Assembly: GCA_021732665.1 (NCBI GenBank)
Contig: JAKFUL010000006.1
Span: forward strand, 37 to 64,036
Reading direction: 5' to 3'
Source: Acetobacteraceae bacterium
GTDB taxonomy: Bacteria > Pseudomonadota > Alphaproteobacteria > Acetobacterales > Acetobacteraceae
DNA length: 64,000 bases
The notes under the pieces are model-generated. The model was not told the origin of the DNA and did no database searches. It was given only the letters and a program-made list of their open reading frames with translations. Position 1 is the stretch's first letter, and every line of letters starts with the position of its first letter. A program made the translations under genes and the position numbers. Below, piece after piece: positions 53,605 to 62,852 of the stretch.

Positions 53605-56178
53605 ATGATGTTCTTCTCCCGCTGGAAAACCGCCGGCATCCTGCTTGTGTGCCTGTTCGGCGTGCTGACCAGCCTGCCCAATCTGCTGCCGCGCAGCGCC
53701 TTTCCGGAATGGTTCCCGGTGCGCCAGGTCAATCTGGGGCTGGATCTGCGCGGCGGCTCCTATCTGCTGCTGGAGGTCGACACCACGGCGCTGCTGCGTG
53801 AGCGGGTGGAGACGCTGGTCGAGGGCACGCGCCGCGGGCTTTCCACCGCAAGCCCGCGCATCCTCTACACTGGGTTGCAGGCGCAGGCGGACCAGCGCCG
53901 CATGGTCGTGCGCATCACCGATGCCGCCCAGCGCGAGGCGGCGCTGCGCATCGTTCGCGAGCAGGGGCTGGAAGTGGGCCTGGGCGGCGGCGCGCGGGCC
54001 AGCGACATCGAGGTGGCGATCAGCCCCGACGGGCTGCTGACCGCCACCGTCACCGAGGCCGGGCTGCGCGCCAAGGCATCGAGCGCCGTGGAGCAATCCA
54101 TCGAGATCGTCCGCCGCCGCATCGACGAGACCGGCGTGGTGGAGGCGCTGATCGCCCGCCAGGGGCAGAACCGCATCCTGGTGCAATTGCCGGGCATCGA
54201 CGACCCCGATCGGATCAAGACCCTGCTCGGCCGTACAGCGCGCATGACCTTTCACCTGTTGGACGAGAGCGCAAACCTGACCGCCGCCAGCCCGCCGCCG
54301 GGTGTGATGTTCCTGCCCGGCGAGACGGCGGGCCAGCGCTACGCCGTGCGCCGGCGCATCGAGGTGGATGGCGCCAACCTGACCGATGCCCGCACCAGCC
54401 AGGACAACCGCACCGGCGAATGGGTGGTGAATTTCACCTTCGACAGCGTGGGCACAAGGCGTTTTTCGGAAATCACCCGGGCCAATGTGGGGCGGCCATT
54501 CGCCATCGTCCTCGATGAGAAGGTGATCACGGCGCCGAACATCCGTGAGCCGATCACCGGCGGACGCGGCCAGATTTCCGGCAGCTTCACCGTGCGCTCG
54601 GCCAATGAGCTGTCCATCCTGCTCAGAGCCGGCGCCCTGCCGGCGCCGCTGACGGTGATCGAGGAACGCTCGGTCGGGCCCGAGCTGGGGGCGGATGCGA
54701 TCCGCGCCGGCGTCATCTCGCTGGCGGTGGGTGTGGCCTTCGTCTTTCTCTATATGGGTCTGGCCTATGGGCTGTTCGGCTGGTTCGCCAATGTCGCGCT
54801 GCTGTTCAACATCATCATCCTGGTCGCCTGCCTCTCATTGCTGGAGGCGACGCTCACCCTGCCCGGCATCGCCGGCATCGTGCTCACCCTCGGCACCGCG
54901 CTGGACGCCAATATCCTGATCAATGAGCGGATCAGGGAGGAGGTGAAGAACGGCCGCGGCCCGCTGGGCGCGCTGGAGACGGGCTACACCAAGGCGTCGG
55001 GCACCATCCTGGACAGCAATCTCACCAACCTCATCGCCATGGCCTGCCTCTATGGCTTCGGCTCGGGGCCGGTGAAGGGCTTTGCCGTGACGGTCGCCAT
55101 CGGCACCATCGTGCAGATGTGGACGGCCACCGTGCTGACCCGGCTGATGGTGGTGTGGTGGTATCGCTGGCGCCGGCCGAAGGAATTGCCGGTCATCCAG
55201 CGCCCGGGCTTGAGCGTCTTCCAGCGCCTGGCCCGGCCGCTGTTCCGGCTTTGCCCGGATGTGACGAAAATCCCCTTCATGCGCGGCGCGCGGGCGGGGC
55301 TGATGGTCTCGGCCGTGCTCTCCACCCTGTCGCTGGTCGGCGCTTTCTGGCCGGGGCTGGAGAAGGGCATCGACTTCAAGGGCGGCATCGTGATGGAGGT
55401 GCGCACCCCCGCCCCCACCGACCTGGCCGCACTGCGCGGCACCGTCTCGGGGCTCAACCTGGGCGATGTCGGCATCCAGCAATTCGGCGATGCCAATACG
55501 GCCTTGCTGCGCATGCCCGCGCCGGAGCAGGAGGCGCAGGTGCAGGTCGTGGTCAACCGGGTGCGCGCGGCCCTGGAGGCCGCCTCGCCCGGGATACGCA
55601 TCCTGCGGGTGGAGGCGGTGGGCAACCGGATTTCGGACGAATTGTTCCGCGGCGGGCTGCTGGCATTGGGCCTCTCGCTGCTGGCCATGCTGCTCTACAT
55701 CTGGTTCCGCTTCGAATGGCAATTCGGCATCGCCGCGATCGTGACGCTGATCCTGGATACGACAAAAACCATCGGATTCATGGTTCTTTTCCAGATCGAG
55801 TTCAATCTGACCTCAATCGCCGCGATCCTCACGGTGATCGGCTTCTCGGCCAATGACAAGGTGGTGGTGTTCGATCGCATGCGGGAGAATTTGCGCAAGT
55901 TCAAGGCGATGCCTCTCGAACAGTTGACTGATCTCTCGATCAACGAGACGTTGAACCGTTCGCTTGGAACTTCGATGACCTTGCTGCTGTCAGCCCTGCC
56001 GTTGGCGTTCTTCGGTGGTGATGCCCTGTCGGGCTTCGCCTGGGTGATGCTGTTCGGCATCTTCATCTCGGCCAGCTCCTCGGTGTTCATTGCCGCGCCC
56101 ATCGTGCTCTACAGCGGCCGCACCCGCCTCAGGCGCGATGTCGCGCCGGTCGGCACGCCGGCGGCGCGCCCGACATGA
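53605..56178 (+). CDS. secDF: Fused protein translocase subunit SecDF
   Basis: LGLDLRGG, VQLPG, AGALPAPL, DANILINERIREE, GIDFKGG, NDKVVVFDRMREN. Confidence 0.95.
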   Translation: MMFFSRWKTAGILLVCLFGVLTSLPNLLPRSAFPEWFPVRQVNLGLDLRGGSYLLLEVDTTALLRERVETLVEGTRRGLSTASPRILYTGLQAQADQRRMVVRITDAAQREAALRIVREQGLEVGLGGGARASDIEVAISPDGLLTATVTEAGLRAKASSAVEQSIEIVRRRIDETGVVEALIARQGQNRILVQLPGIDDPDRIKTLLGRTARMTFHLLDESANLTAASPPPGVMFLPGETAGQRYAVRRRIEVDGANLTDARTSQDNRTGEWVVNFTFDSVGTRRFSEITRANVGRPFAIVLDEKVITAPNIREPITGGRGQISGSFTVRSANELSILLRAGALPAPLTVIEERSVGPELGADAIRAGVISLAVGVAFVFLYMGLAYGLFGWFANVALLFNIIILVACLSLLEATLTLPGIAGIVLTLGTALDANILINERIREEVKNGRGPLGALETGYTKASGTILDSNLTNLIAMACLYGFGSGPVKGFAVTVAIGTIVQMWTATVLTRLMVVWWYRWRRPKELPVIQRPGLSVFQRLARPLFRLCPDVTKIPFMRGARAGLMVSAVLSTLSLVGAFWPGLEKGIDFKGGIVMEVRTPAPTDLAALRGTVSGLNLGDVGIQQFGDANTALLRMPAPEQEAQVQVVVNRVRAALEAASPGIRILRVEAVGNRISDELFRGGLLALGLSLLAMLLYIWFRFEWQFGIAAIVTLILDTTKTIGFMVLFQIEFNLTSIAAILTVIGFSANDKVVVFDRMRENLRKFKAMPLEQLTDLSINETLNRSLGTSMTLLLSALPLAFFGGDALSGFAWVMLFGIFISASSSVFIAAPIVLYSGRTRLRRDVAPVGTPAARPT

Positions 56179-57113
56179 TGCTCGCGCGCCGCGCCGCACT
56201 CGCGCTGCCCGCCATCATGGCGGCCGGCCTGGCGCGCGCGGCGCAACCGGCCACCCTGCTGGTGGGCGCGCCCGCCGGCAGCGGGCCGGATCTTTGGGCG
56301 CGGGCCGCGGCGCCTTTCCTGGAGCGGCATTGGGCCCGCGCCCAGATCACCGTGGTCAACCGGCCGGGCCATGGCGGCATCTCCGCCGTCCGCGCCTTGG
56401 CCAGCGCGGCGCCGGATGGGCTGACCATCGCCGCCGTCGGCACCCCCACCCTGCTGGCCCGCGCGGTGGAACAGGGGCAGACGGCGCTGCTGGAGCGGTT
56501 GCAATTCGTCGCCTCGGTGTCCGAGGAGCCGCTGCTCCTGGTGGTCCCCGCCGGCGGGCCGAGCCAGAGCATCGAGGCGCTGCGCGCCCTGCCGCCCAGC
56601 GCATTGCTGGGCACGCCGCAGGCCGGCAATGCGGCGCAGCTGGCCGGCGCCACGCTGGCCGCGCGGCTCGGCCTCACCCCCTTCGCCTTCGCCAATGCCG
56701 TGTCGGTGCGCCAGGCGGTGCAGGCCGGCCATGTCCAGGCCGCGATGCTGGCCGCGCCCGAGGCCATGGTGCTGCTGCGCGAGGGACGGATCACCGCCCT
56801 GGCCGTGGCCAGCGCCGAACGCACCCCGCTGCTGCCCGAAGTGGCGACCCTGCGCGAGCAGGGCGTCGCGTTCAGCGCCCTGTCCTGCCGCGGCTTCGCC
56901 CTGCCCGGCGCCACGCCGGCCAACAAGATCGGGCCATTGGCGGCGGCACTGCGCGCCATGGTCGCTAACCCGGAATTCATCGCCCAGGCCAATGATTTCG
57001 GTTTCAGGCCAGTTTTCCAGGGGCCCGAACCATGGATGGCACATGTTCGCGCCACAACCGCCGAACTGGCCGCGCGCTGGACCGCCGATCCCTGGACGCA
57101 GCGGCCGGGTTGA
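56175..57113 (+). CDS. Bug/TctC family receptor (divergent)
   Basis: VVNRPGHGG, APDGLTI, LLPEVATLREQG, LPGATP. Confidence 0.8.
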   Translation: MMLARRAALALPAIMAAGLARAAQPATLLVGAPAGSGPDLWARAAAPFLERHWARAQITVVNRPGHGGISAVRALASAAPDGLTIAAVGTPTLLARAVEQGQTALLERLQFVASVSEEPLLLVVPAGGPSQSIEALRALPPSALLGTPQAGNAAQLAGATLAARLGLTPFAFANAVSVRQAVQAGHVQAAMLAAPEAMVLLREGRITALAVASAERTPLLPEVATLREQGVAFSALSCRGFALPGATPANKIGPLAAALRAMVANPEFIAQANDFGFRPVFQGPEPWMAHVRATTAELAARWTADPWTQRPG

Positions 57114-57225
57114 AGTCCCCTGCCAATCCGTGTCAGTCTCACCGTCGAATAAATTCGATGCGCATCTCAACAATTTTAGACTGTCGTCCGGCCCGGTCCG
57201 CGCAGCCCAGGGCTTCGACGGGCTG

Positions 57226-58365
57226 ATGCCGCACGCCCGGGACAAATCCGAAATCCTGGTGCTGGCCAGGGACCCCCGCGTGATCGCCGCGGCGACCGAT
57301 GCGGCCATCCGCATCTCCGGCCGCTCGCCCCGGCTGGTGGGCAATGTGCGCGAGGCGCTGGCGGCGCTGACCCGCCCCGGGCTGCCGCCGCGCCGGGTGA
57401 TGCTCGAACCCGCGGCCGCGGGAAACAGCTGGGCCGAGCTGCTTTCCACCCTCGACGACCCGGCCCTGACCGACGCCATGGTCTTCGTCGCCGCCGACCA
57501 GGACAGCGTGCCCGACGGGGTGGCGGTGCTGCCGGCCGAGGCCGCGATGCTGGAGGCCGCCCTGCTGGCGGCACCCCGCCATGCGCGGCGGGTGCCGCCC
57601 TCCAGCGCCGAGGCGCTGGCCGCCGGGCTCGACCGCGGCGCGCTGCTGGTGCGCTACCAGCCGGTGGTGCGGGTGAGCGACCGCCGCTTCGTGCTGGTGG
57701 AGGCGCTGGCGCGCTGGCGCGGCAGCCCGATGCTGCATGGGCCGGACAGCTTCGTCCCGGCGGTGGAGCGCGCCGGCCTCTCGCGCGCCCTGGCGGTGGC
57801 GGTGGTCTCGCGCGCGGCGCAGGATATTGGCGGGCTGCCGAGGCCCTCGCCGATGGGGGTTTCGGTCAATGTCTCGCTTGAGCAGTTGCAGCGGCCAGAC
57901 CTCACGAGCTGGATCGCCCGCGCGCTGCGCACCGGCAGCCTGGCGCCCCGCGCGCTCTCGCTGGAACTGACGGAAACCACGCCGGTGCGCGACTTCGCGC
58001 TGCTGGGCCGCGCCATCCGCCGGGTGGGCGAGGCTGGGCACGGGGTGTTCATCGATGATCTGGGCCTGGACGACATTCGGCTGGAGCTGATGGACCTGCC
58101 CTTCGCCGGGGTGAAGCTGGACAAGGCCCTGGTCTCCCGCCTGCCGCATGACGCCCGCGCGAGGCGCAACGTGCAGGCGGTGGTGCGGCGGGCCAACCGC
58201 AACGGCCAGGTCGTGACCGCCGAGGGCGTCTCCGACGCCCGGCTGTGGCAGACCGTGGCCGGGCTTGGCGTGCACCGGGCGCAGGGATTCTGGGTGGGGC
58301 GGCCCCTGCCCTGTTCCGTGCTGCCGGGCTGGGCGCGCAGCTGGGCGGCGTCGGCGCGCGAATAG
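57226..58365 (+). CDS. EAL-domain protein
   Basis: YQPVV, EALARW, SVNVS, ELTE, IDDLG, KLD, AEGV, QGF. Confidence 0.85.
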   Translation: MPHARDKSEILVLARDPRVIAAATDAAIRISGRSPRLVGNVREALAALTRPGLPPRRVMLEPAAAGNSWAELLSTLDDPALTDAMVFVAADQDSVPDGVAVLPAEAAMLEAALLAAPRHARRVPPSSAEALAAGLDRGALLVRYQPVVRVSDRRFVLVEALARWRGSPMLHGPDSFVPAVERAGLSRALAVAVVSRAAQDIGGLPRPSPMGVSVNVSLEQLQRPDLTSWIARALRTGSLAPRALSLELTETTPVRDFALLGRAIRRVGEAGHGVFIDDLGLDDIRLELMDLPFAGVKLDKALVSRLPHDARARRNVQAVVRRANRNGQVVTAEGVSDARLWQTVAGLGVHRAQGFWVGRPLPCSVLPGWARSWAASARE

Positions 58366-58381
58366 CCGGCGCTACACCGCC

Positions 58382-58433
58382 GCGCAGACAGCTTTACCCT
58401 GCTGCGCAGACAGCTTTACCCTGCTGCGCAGAC
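58382..58433. repeat. 22-bp tandem repeat (2.4 copies) across the zur stop codon
   Basis: GCGCAGACAGCTTTACCCTGCT at 58382 and 58404, then GCGCAGAC at 58426. Confidence 0.92.
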
Positions 58434-58883
58434 CCGGCACCGCCCCTCGATCTCCACGGTCATGCGCGAGGGGGTGAAGCCCGCCACCCCCGCGGCCTGG
58501 CCCAGGGCGGCTTCCACGGCGTGGTCATGCAATTCCTGCGCGTGGCCGCAGTCGCGGCAGATCAGGAACTGGTGGGTATGGGCATGGCCCGCCGAGACGC
58601 AGGGGGTAAAGGCGTTGAGCCTCTCGATGCGGTGGATCAGCCCCTGTTCCAGCAGGAAATCCAGCGCGCGGTAGATCGTCGGCGGTGCGGCGCCGACCCG
58701 CGTCGCCTTGAGCTGGTCGAGCAGGGCATAGGCGCCCAGCGGCTGGTCGCTGCGCAGCACGAGAGCGAGAACCTGGCGCCGCAGATCGGTCAGCTGCGCG
58801 CCGCGGCCGGCGCACAGCGCCGCGGCCTCGTCCAGCACGCGATCCACATCCGCGGGGTGATGGTGATGGAGATGTTCGGCCAT
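58416..58883 (-). CDS. zur: Fur family regulator (Zur-like)
   Basis: His-rich N-terminus, GAYALL, PPTIYRALDFL, CRDC and CRVC. Confidence 0.82.
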   Translation of the reverse strand: MAEHLHHHHPADVDRVLDEAAALCAGRGAQLTDLRRQVLALVLRSDQPLGAYALLDQLKATRVGAAPPTIYRALDFLLEQGLIHRIERLNAFTPCVSAGHAHTHQFLICRDCGHAQELHDHAVEAALGQAAGVAGFTPSRMTVEIEGRCRVCAAG

Positions 58884-58904
58884 GGCCGGTATATAGCATG
58901 GCTG

Positions 58905-59300
58905 ATGGAAAACGCCCTGCTCTCCCAGATCCGTTTCAACGCCGATGGGCTGGTGGCCTGCATCGCCCAGCAGCACGACACGGGCGAGGTGCTGATGCTG
59001 GCCTGGATGAACCGCGAGGCGGTGGCCGAGACGCTGGCGACGGGGCGGGTGTGCTACTGGAGCCGTTCGCGCGGCACCTTGTGGCGCAAGGGCGAGAGCT
59101 CGGGCCAGGTGCAGACCCTGCATGACCTGCGGGTGGATTGCGACGGGGATACGTTGCTGGCGCTGGTGCACCAGGAGGGCGTGGCCTGCCACACCGGGCG
59201 GCGGAACTGCTTTTTCGTGGCGCTGCGCGACGGCGTGGTGACGGAGATCGCGACGCCGCTCATCGCGCCGGAGCAGCTCTATGGCGGGCTCGCCACTTGA
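58905..59300 (+). CDS. hisI: Phosphoribosyl-AMP cyclohydrolase
   Basis: VLMLAWMN, YWSRSR, LWRKGESSG, DCDGD, ACHTGRRNCFF. Confidence 0.95.
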   Translation: MENALLSQIRFNADGLVACIAQQHDTGEVLMLAWMNREAVAETLATGRVCYWSRSRGTLWRKGESSGQVQTLHDLRVDCDGDTLLALVHQEGVACHTGRRNCFFVALRDGVVTEIATPLIAPEQLYGGLAT

Positions 59301-59535
59301 CCGCGAGGATATAGCTGGCCAGCGCCAGGGTCACGGCATTGGCGGCGACGATCGAAAAGGCGCCGAGGACGAGGCCATAAACCCCCCAAAGCGCCACGCC
59401 GGCCACGAACATCAGCAGCATGGGCAGCGAGAAATCATCGGCCGAGCCGGTCGCCCAGGTCTTCGCCACCTGGGGCACGAAGGCGGCGGTGGTGAAAAAT
59501 CCGGCAACGAGGCCGAGGGCTTCCGTGGCGTCCAT
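59260..59535 (-). CDS. SemiSWEET / PQ-loop transporter
   Basis: GLVAGFFTTAAFVPQVAKTW, DFSLPML, LWGVYG, AN; three TM helices. Confidence 0.88.
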   Translation of the reverse strand: MDATEALGLVAGFFTTAAFVPQVAKTWATGSADDFSLPMLLMFVAGVALWGVYGLVLGAFSIVAANAVTLALASYILAVKWRARHRAAPAR

Positions 59536-59556
59536 CCGGGCCTTATGCAACGGGGC

Positions 59557-60138
59557 ATGTCGGAACTCCAGATCATCACCGTGACGGGCGAGGCCTTGCG
59601 GCCGCATGTCGCGGCCCTGTCGCGGCTGCGGCTCAGCGTCTTCGCCGAATGGCCCTATCTCTATGACGGGCGGGAGAGCGATGAGGAGCGCCATCTCGGC
59701 GATTATTCCACCAGCCCCGGTGCCGCCATCGTGCTGGCCCTGGCGGGCGCCGAGGTGGTGGGCGCCGCGACCTGCCAGCCCATGGCCGAGGCGGCACCCT
59801 GCGTGCGGGCCTGCGGGCTGGACGCCGCCACCCATGCCTATTTCGGCGAAAGCGTGCTGTTGCCGGCCTGGCGCGGGCGGGGCATCGGCGTCGCCTTCTT
59901 CACGGCGCGGGAGGCACATGCACGGGCGCTGGGGAAGACCCACGCCGCCTTCTGCGCGGTGGTGCGCAACCCCAATGACCCGCGCCGCCCCGCCGACCAC
60001 CTGCCGCTCGATGATTTCTGGCGCAGGCGCGGCTATACGCCCCGGCCCGAGATCTCCTGCGTCATGCATTGGGCGGAAGCCGGCGATGACGGCCTGGAGC
60101 GCCCGCATTCCCTGGCTTTCTGGACCCGCGCGCTGTGA
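59557..60138 (+). CDS. GNAT N-acetyltransferase
   Basis: VFAEWPYLYDG, YFGESVLLPAWRGRGIG, FWRRRGY. Confidence 0.88.
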   Translation: MSELQIITVTGEALRPHVAALSRLRLSVFAEWPYLYDGRESDEERHLGDYSTSPGAAIVLALAGAEVVGAATCQPMAEAAPCVRACGLDAATHAYFGESVLLPAWRGRGIGVAFFTAREAHARALGKTHAAFCAVVRNPNDPRRPADHLPLDDFWRRRGYTPRPEISCVMHWAEAGDDGLERPHSLAFWTRAL

Positions 60139-61004
60139 GGCTGGGGGTGCTGGCCTGGGGCGTGGGCCGGCCCGGGTCGGTGGCCGAGTTCTCGGCCCGG
60201 CTGGAGGCGCGGGTGGCCGAGGCCGCCGGCCTGGCCGACCTGCTGCTGATGCCGGAATATGCCTGCATGGAGCTGGCGCCGGCGCTGGCGCAGGCGCCGA
60301 GTGCCGCGGGGGAGCTGGCGGGCATGCTGGATGCGGCCGAGGCGGTGCTGGCGGCGATGCGCGCGGCGGCGCGCGCGCACGCGGTCTGGCTGGTGCCCGG
60401 CAGCCTGCCCATGCGGGTGGGCGGCCGGGTGGTGAACCGCGCGGCCGTGATCCGCCCCGATGGCAGCCTGGCCTTCCAGGACAAGTGGCACATGACGCGC
60501 TTCGAGACCGAGGCCTGGGGGGTGTCGCGCGGGGCGCCGCCTTCGGTCTTCGCCACGCCCTGGGGGCTGGTGGGGATTTCCATCTGCTACGATGCCGAAT
60601 TCCCCAAGCATGTCCGGGCGCAGGTCGAGGCCGGCGCCTGGCTGGTGCTGGTGCCGACCTGCACCGACACCGCGCATGGGTTTTCCCGCGTCGCCATCTC
60701 CGCCCGGGCGCGGGCGGTGGAGAACCAGTGCTTCCTGGCCGTGGCGCCGACGGTGGGGGCGGCGCCCTGGAGCGAGACGCTGGATGCCAATACCGGGCGC
60801 GCCGCGATCTATGGCCCGGCCGACCGGGGCTTTGCCGAAGACGGCGTGGTGGTGGAGGGCGAGATGGATCGCCCGGGCTGGATCTTCGCCGAGGTGGATG
60901 TGGCCCGGATCGTCGCGGTGCGCGAGGCGGGCCAGGTGCGCAACCATCTGGACTGGCCACGTGGCCCGATGCCGCGGGTGCAGCCGGCGGGTTTCGTGGC
61001 TTGA
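60135..61004 (+). CDS. Carbon-nitrogen hydrolase (nitrilase superfamily)
   Basis: E-K-C triad in PEY, QDKWH, ICYD; ARAVENQ. Confidence 0.9.
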   Translation: MRLGVLAWGVGRPGSVAEFSARLEARVAEAAGLADLLLMPEYACMELAPALAQAPSAAGELAGMLDAAEAVLAAMRAAARAHAVWLVPGSLPMRVGGRVVNRAAVIRPDGSLAFQDKWHMTRFETEAWGVSRGAPPSVFATPWGLVGISICYDAEFPKHVRAQVEAGAWLVLVPTCTDTAHGFSRVAISARARAVENQCFLAVAPTVGAAPWSETLDANTGRAAIYGPADRGFAEDGVVVEGEMDRPGWIFAEVDVARIVAVREAGQVRNHLDWPRGPMPRVQPAGFVA

Positions 61005-62212
61005 CCCTGGTCTATGTGATTGCCGGCGAGGCCTCGGGCGATGTGCTCGGCGCCAGGCTGATGGCGGCGCTGCGGGCGCGCGAGCCGGGGCTGGAGTTTT
61101 GCGGCGTGGGCGGGGAGCGGATGGCCGAGGCCGGCTTTTCCTCGCTGTTTCCGATGCGCGAACTGGCCTTGATGGGGCTGCTGGAGGTGCTGCCGAACAT
61201 CCGGCGGCTGGCGCGACGGCTGGAGGAGACCCGCGCCGATATCGCGGCGAAGAAGCCCGATGTGATCGTGACCATCGACAGCCCGGGCTTTACCCTTCGG
61301 GTGGCGGGCCGGGTGCGGGAGTTGGGCATCCCGCTCGTGCATTACGTGGCGCCGCAGCATTGGGGCTGGCGCCCGGGGCGGGTGAAGAAGCTGGCGAGGA
61401 AGGTGGATCGGGTTCTGGCGCTGCTGCCTTTCGAGGCGGCGTGGTTCGAGGCGCATGGCATCGGCGTGGATTTTGTCGGCCATCCGGTGCTGGAATCGGG
61501 GCTGGACCGGGGCGATGGCGCGGCGTTCCGGGCGCGGCATGGCGTGGCGGCGGGCGAGCGGCTGGTGATGGTGATGCCGGGCTCGCGCCGCACCGAGGTT
61601 TCGCGGCTGCTGCCGGTGTTCGGGCAGGCGTTGCGCATGCTGCCGCCGGGGCTGCGGGCGGTGGTGCCTCTGGCCGGCCCGGTGGAGGAGGTGGTGCGCG
61701 CCGGCGTCGCGAATTGGCCGCTGGCGCCCATCCTGCTGCGCGGCGTGGCGGAGAAGGCGGATGCCTTCGCCGCCTGCGAGGCGGGGCTGATCAAGAGCGG
61801 CACCTCGACCCTGGAGGCCGCGGTGGCCGGGCTGCCGCATCTCGTGGCCTACAAGGTCAATCCGGTGACGGCGGCGATCGTGCGGCGGCTGATGCAGGTG
61901 CGGTTCATCTCCATCGCCAACCTGCTGGCGGAGCGCGAGGTGGTGCCGGAATTCGTCCAGGACGCGTGTACGCCACAGATACTGGCCGCGGGGCTGCGGG
62001 CGCTGCTGGATGGCGGGGCGATGCCCACGCAACGCGCCTGGAACCAGGTGCGCGAGGGGCATGGCGTCTATGCCGGCGACGCGGCCAGCCAGCGGGCCGG
62101 GTTTGCCGAGGTGCTGGGGCGGCTCTCGCCCCCTGGAATGCTGCCTAGCGAGGCGGCGGCGGAGGCGGTGTTGCGGGTGCTGCGCGAAGGCTCTCGGCCA
62201 GTTCCTCGATGA
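61001..62212 (+). CDS. lpxB: Lipid-A-disaccharide synthase
   Basis: AGEASGDVLG, TIDSPGF, YVAPQHWGWR, FVGHP, PGSRRTE, KSGT; TTG start overlaps upstream stop. Confidence 0.94.
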   Translation: MTLVYVIAGEASGDVLGARLMAALRAREPGLEFCGVGGERMAEAGFSSLFPMRELALMGLLEVLPNIRRLARRLEETRADIAAKKPDVIVTIDSPGFTLRVAGRVRELGIPLVHYVAPQHWGWRPGRVKKLARKVDRVLALLPFEAAWFEAHGIGVDFVGHPVLESGLDRGDGAAFRARHGVAAGERLVMVMPGSRRTEVSRLLPVFGQALRMLPPGLRAVVPLAGPVEEVVRAGVANWPLAPILLRGVAEKADAFAACEAGLIKSGTSTLEAAVAGLPHLVAYKVNPVTAAIVRRLMQVRFISIANLLAEREVVPEFVQDACTPQILAAGLRALLDGGAMPTQRAWNQVREGHGVYAGDAASQRAGFAEVLGRLSPPGMLPSEAAAEAVLRVLREGSRPVPR

Positions 62213-62654
62213 TGATGGTGAGGCGGGCGATTTCCTGCTCGCGCAGCGCGTCCAGCTTGGTGTGCAGCAGTTCGATCTCCAGCTCCGCCTTCACATTCAC
62301 CTCGTAATCATGCTCGGCATTGCCGCGGTCGATCGCGGCCTGGCGGTTCTGGCTCATCATCACGATGGGCGCGGCATAGGCGGCCTGGAAGCTGAGCACG
62401 AGGTTGAGCAGGATGAAGGGATAGGGGTCCCAGGCCGCGATCCAGGCCGTGAGGTTCAGGGCGATCCAGACAGCCAGCAGCGCCGACTGGATGATGATGA
62501 AGCGCCAGGACCCCACCGTCAGCGCCACCGAATCGGCGATGCGCTCGCCGGCGCTGCGACTTTCCGGGCGTTCCGCGCGGGCGGGTTTCTGCAGGCGCAG
62601 GGCGCGCAGGCGCTCGTGTTCCTCGCGCGTCAGGCGGATGCTGTCCTGGGTCAT
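62145..62654 (-). CDS. DUF1003 membrane protein
   Basis: ERIADSV, GSWRFI, WDPYPFILLNL, APIVMMSQNRQ. Confidence 0.88.
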   Translation of the reverse strand: MTQDSIRLTREEHERLRALRLQKPARAERPESRSAGERIADSVALTVGSWRFIIIQSALLAVWIALNLTAWIAAWDPYPFILLNLVLSFQAAYAAPIVMMSQNRQAAIDRGNAEHDYEVNVKAELEIELLHTKLDALREQEIARLTIIIEELAESLRAAPATPPPPPPR

Positions 62655-62806
62655 GGCGGCCTTTCCCCACGCTGGAAATCCGCGCGGCGTTCGGCCCAGG
62701 ATGCGCCAAAACAGGGGGGGATGCGATGGTCGCGGGCAGGGTCGCGCCGGGACGCCGGAGCCCGTGCCGGGCGCGGTGGCGTCAGGCATGGTGCGGTTCT
62801 CGATCG

Positions 62807-62849
62807 GTTGCGGCGGGCAGCATGCGGGCGGGCCTGCGCCCGCCGCAAC
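62807..62849. terminator. Strong hairpin just downstream of the M20 dipeptidase gene
   Basis: 12-bp perfect inverted repeat GTTGCGGCGGGC / GCCCGCCGCAAC; no U-tract, so function uncertain. Confidence 0.45.
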
Positions 62850-62852
62850 GGA

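Noticed and set aside
58382-58433. Tandem repeat as a possible CRISPR array
   Set aside because: No spacers, only 2.4 copies, and no cas genes
62655-62789. 45-aa N-terminal extension of the DUF1003 protein
   Set aside because: Low-complexity and promoter-like; the ATG at 62654 has a purine-rich RBS-like sequence
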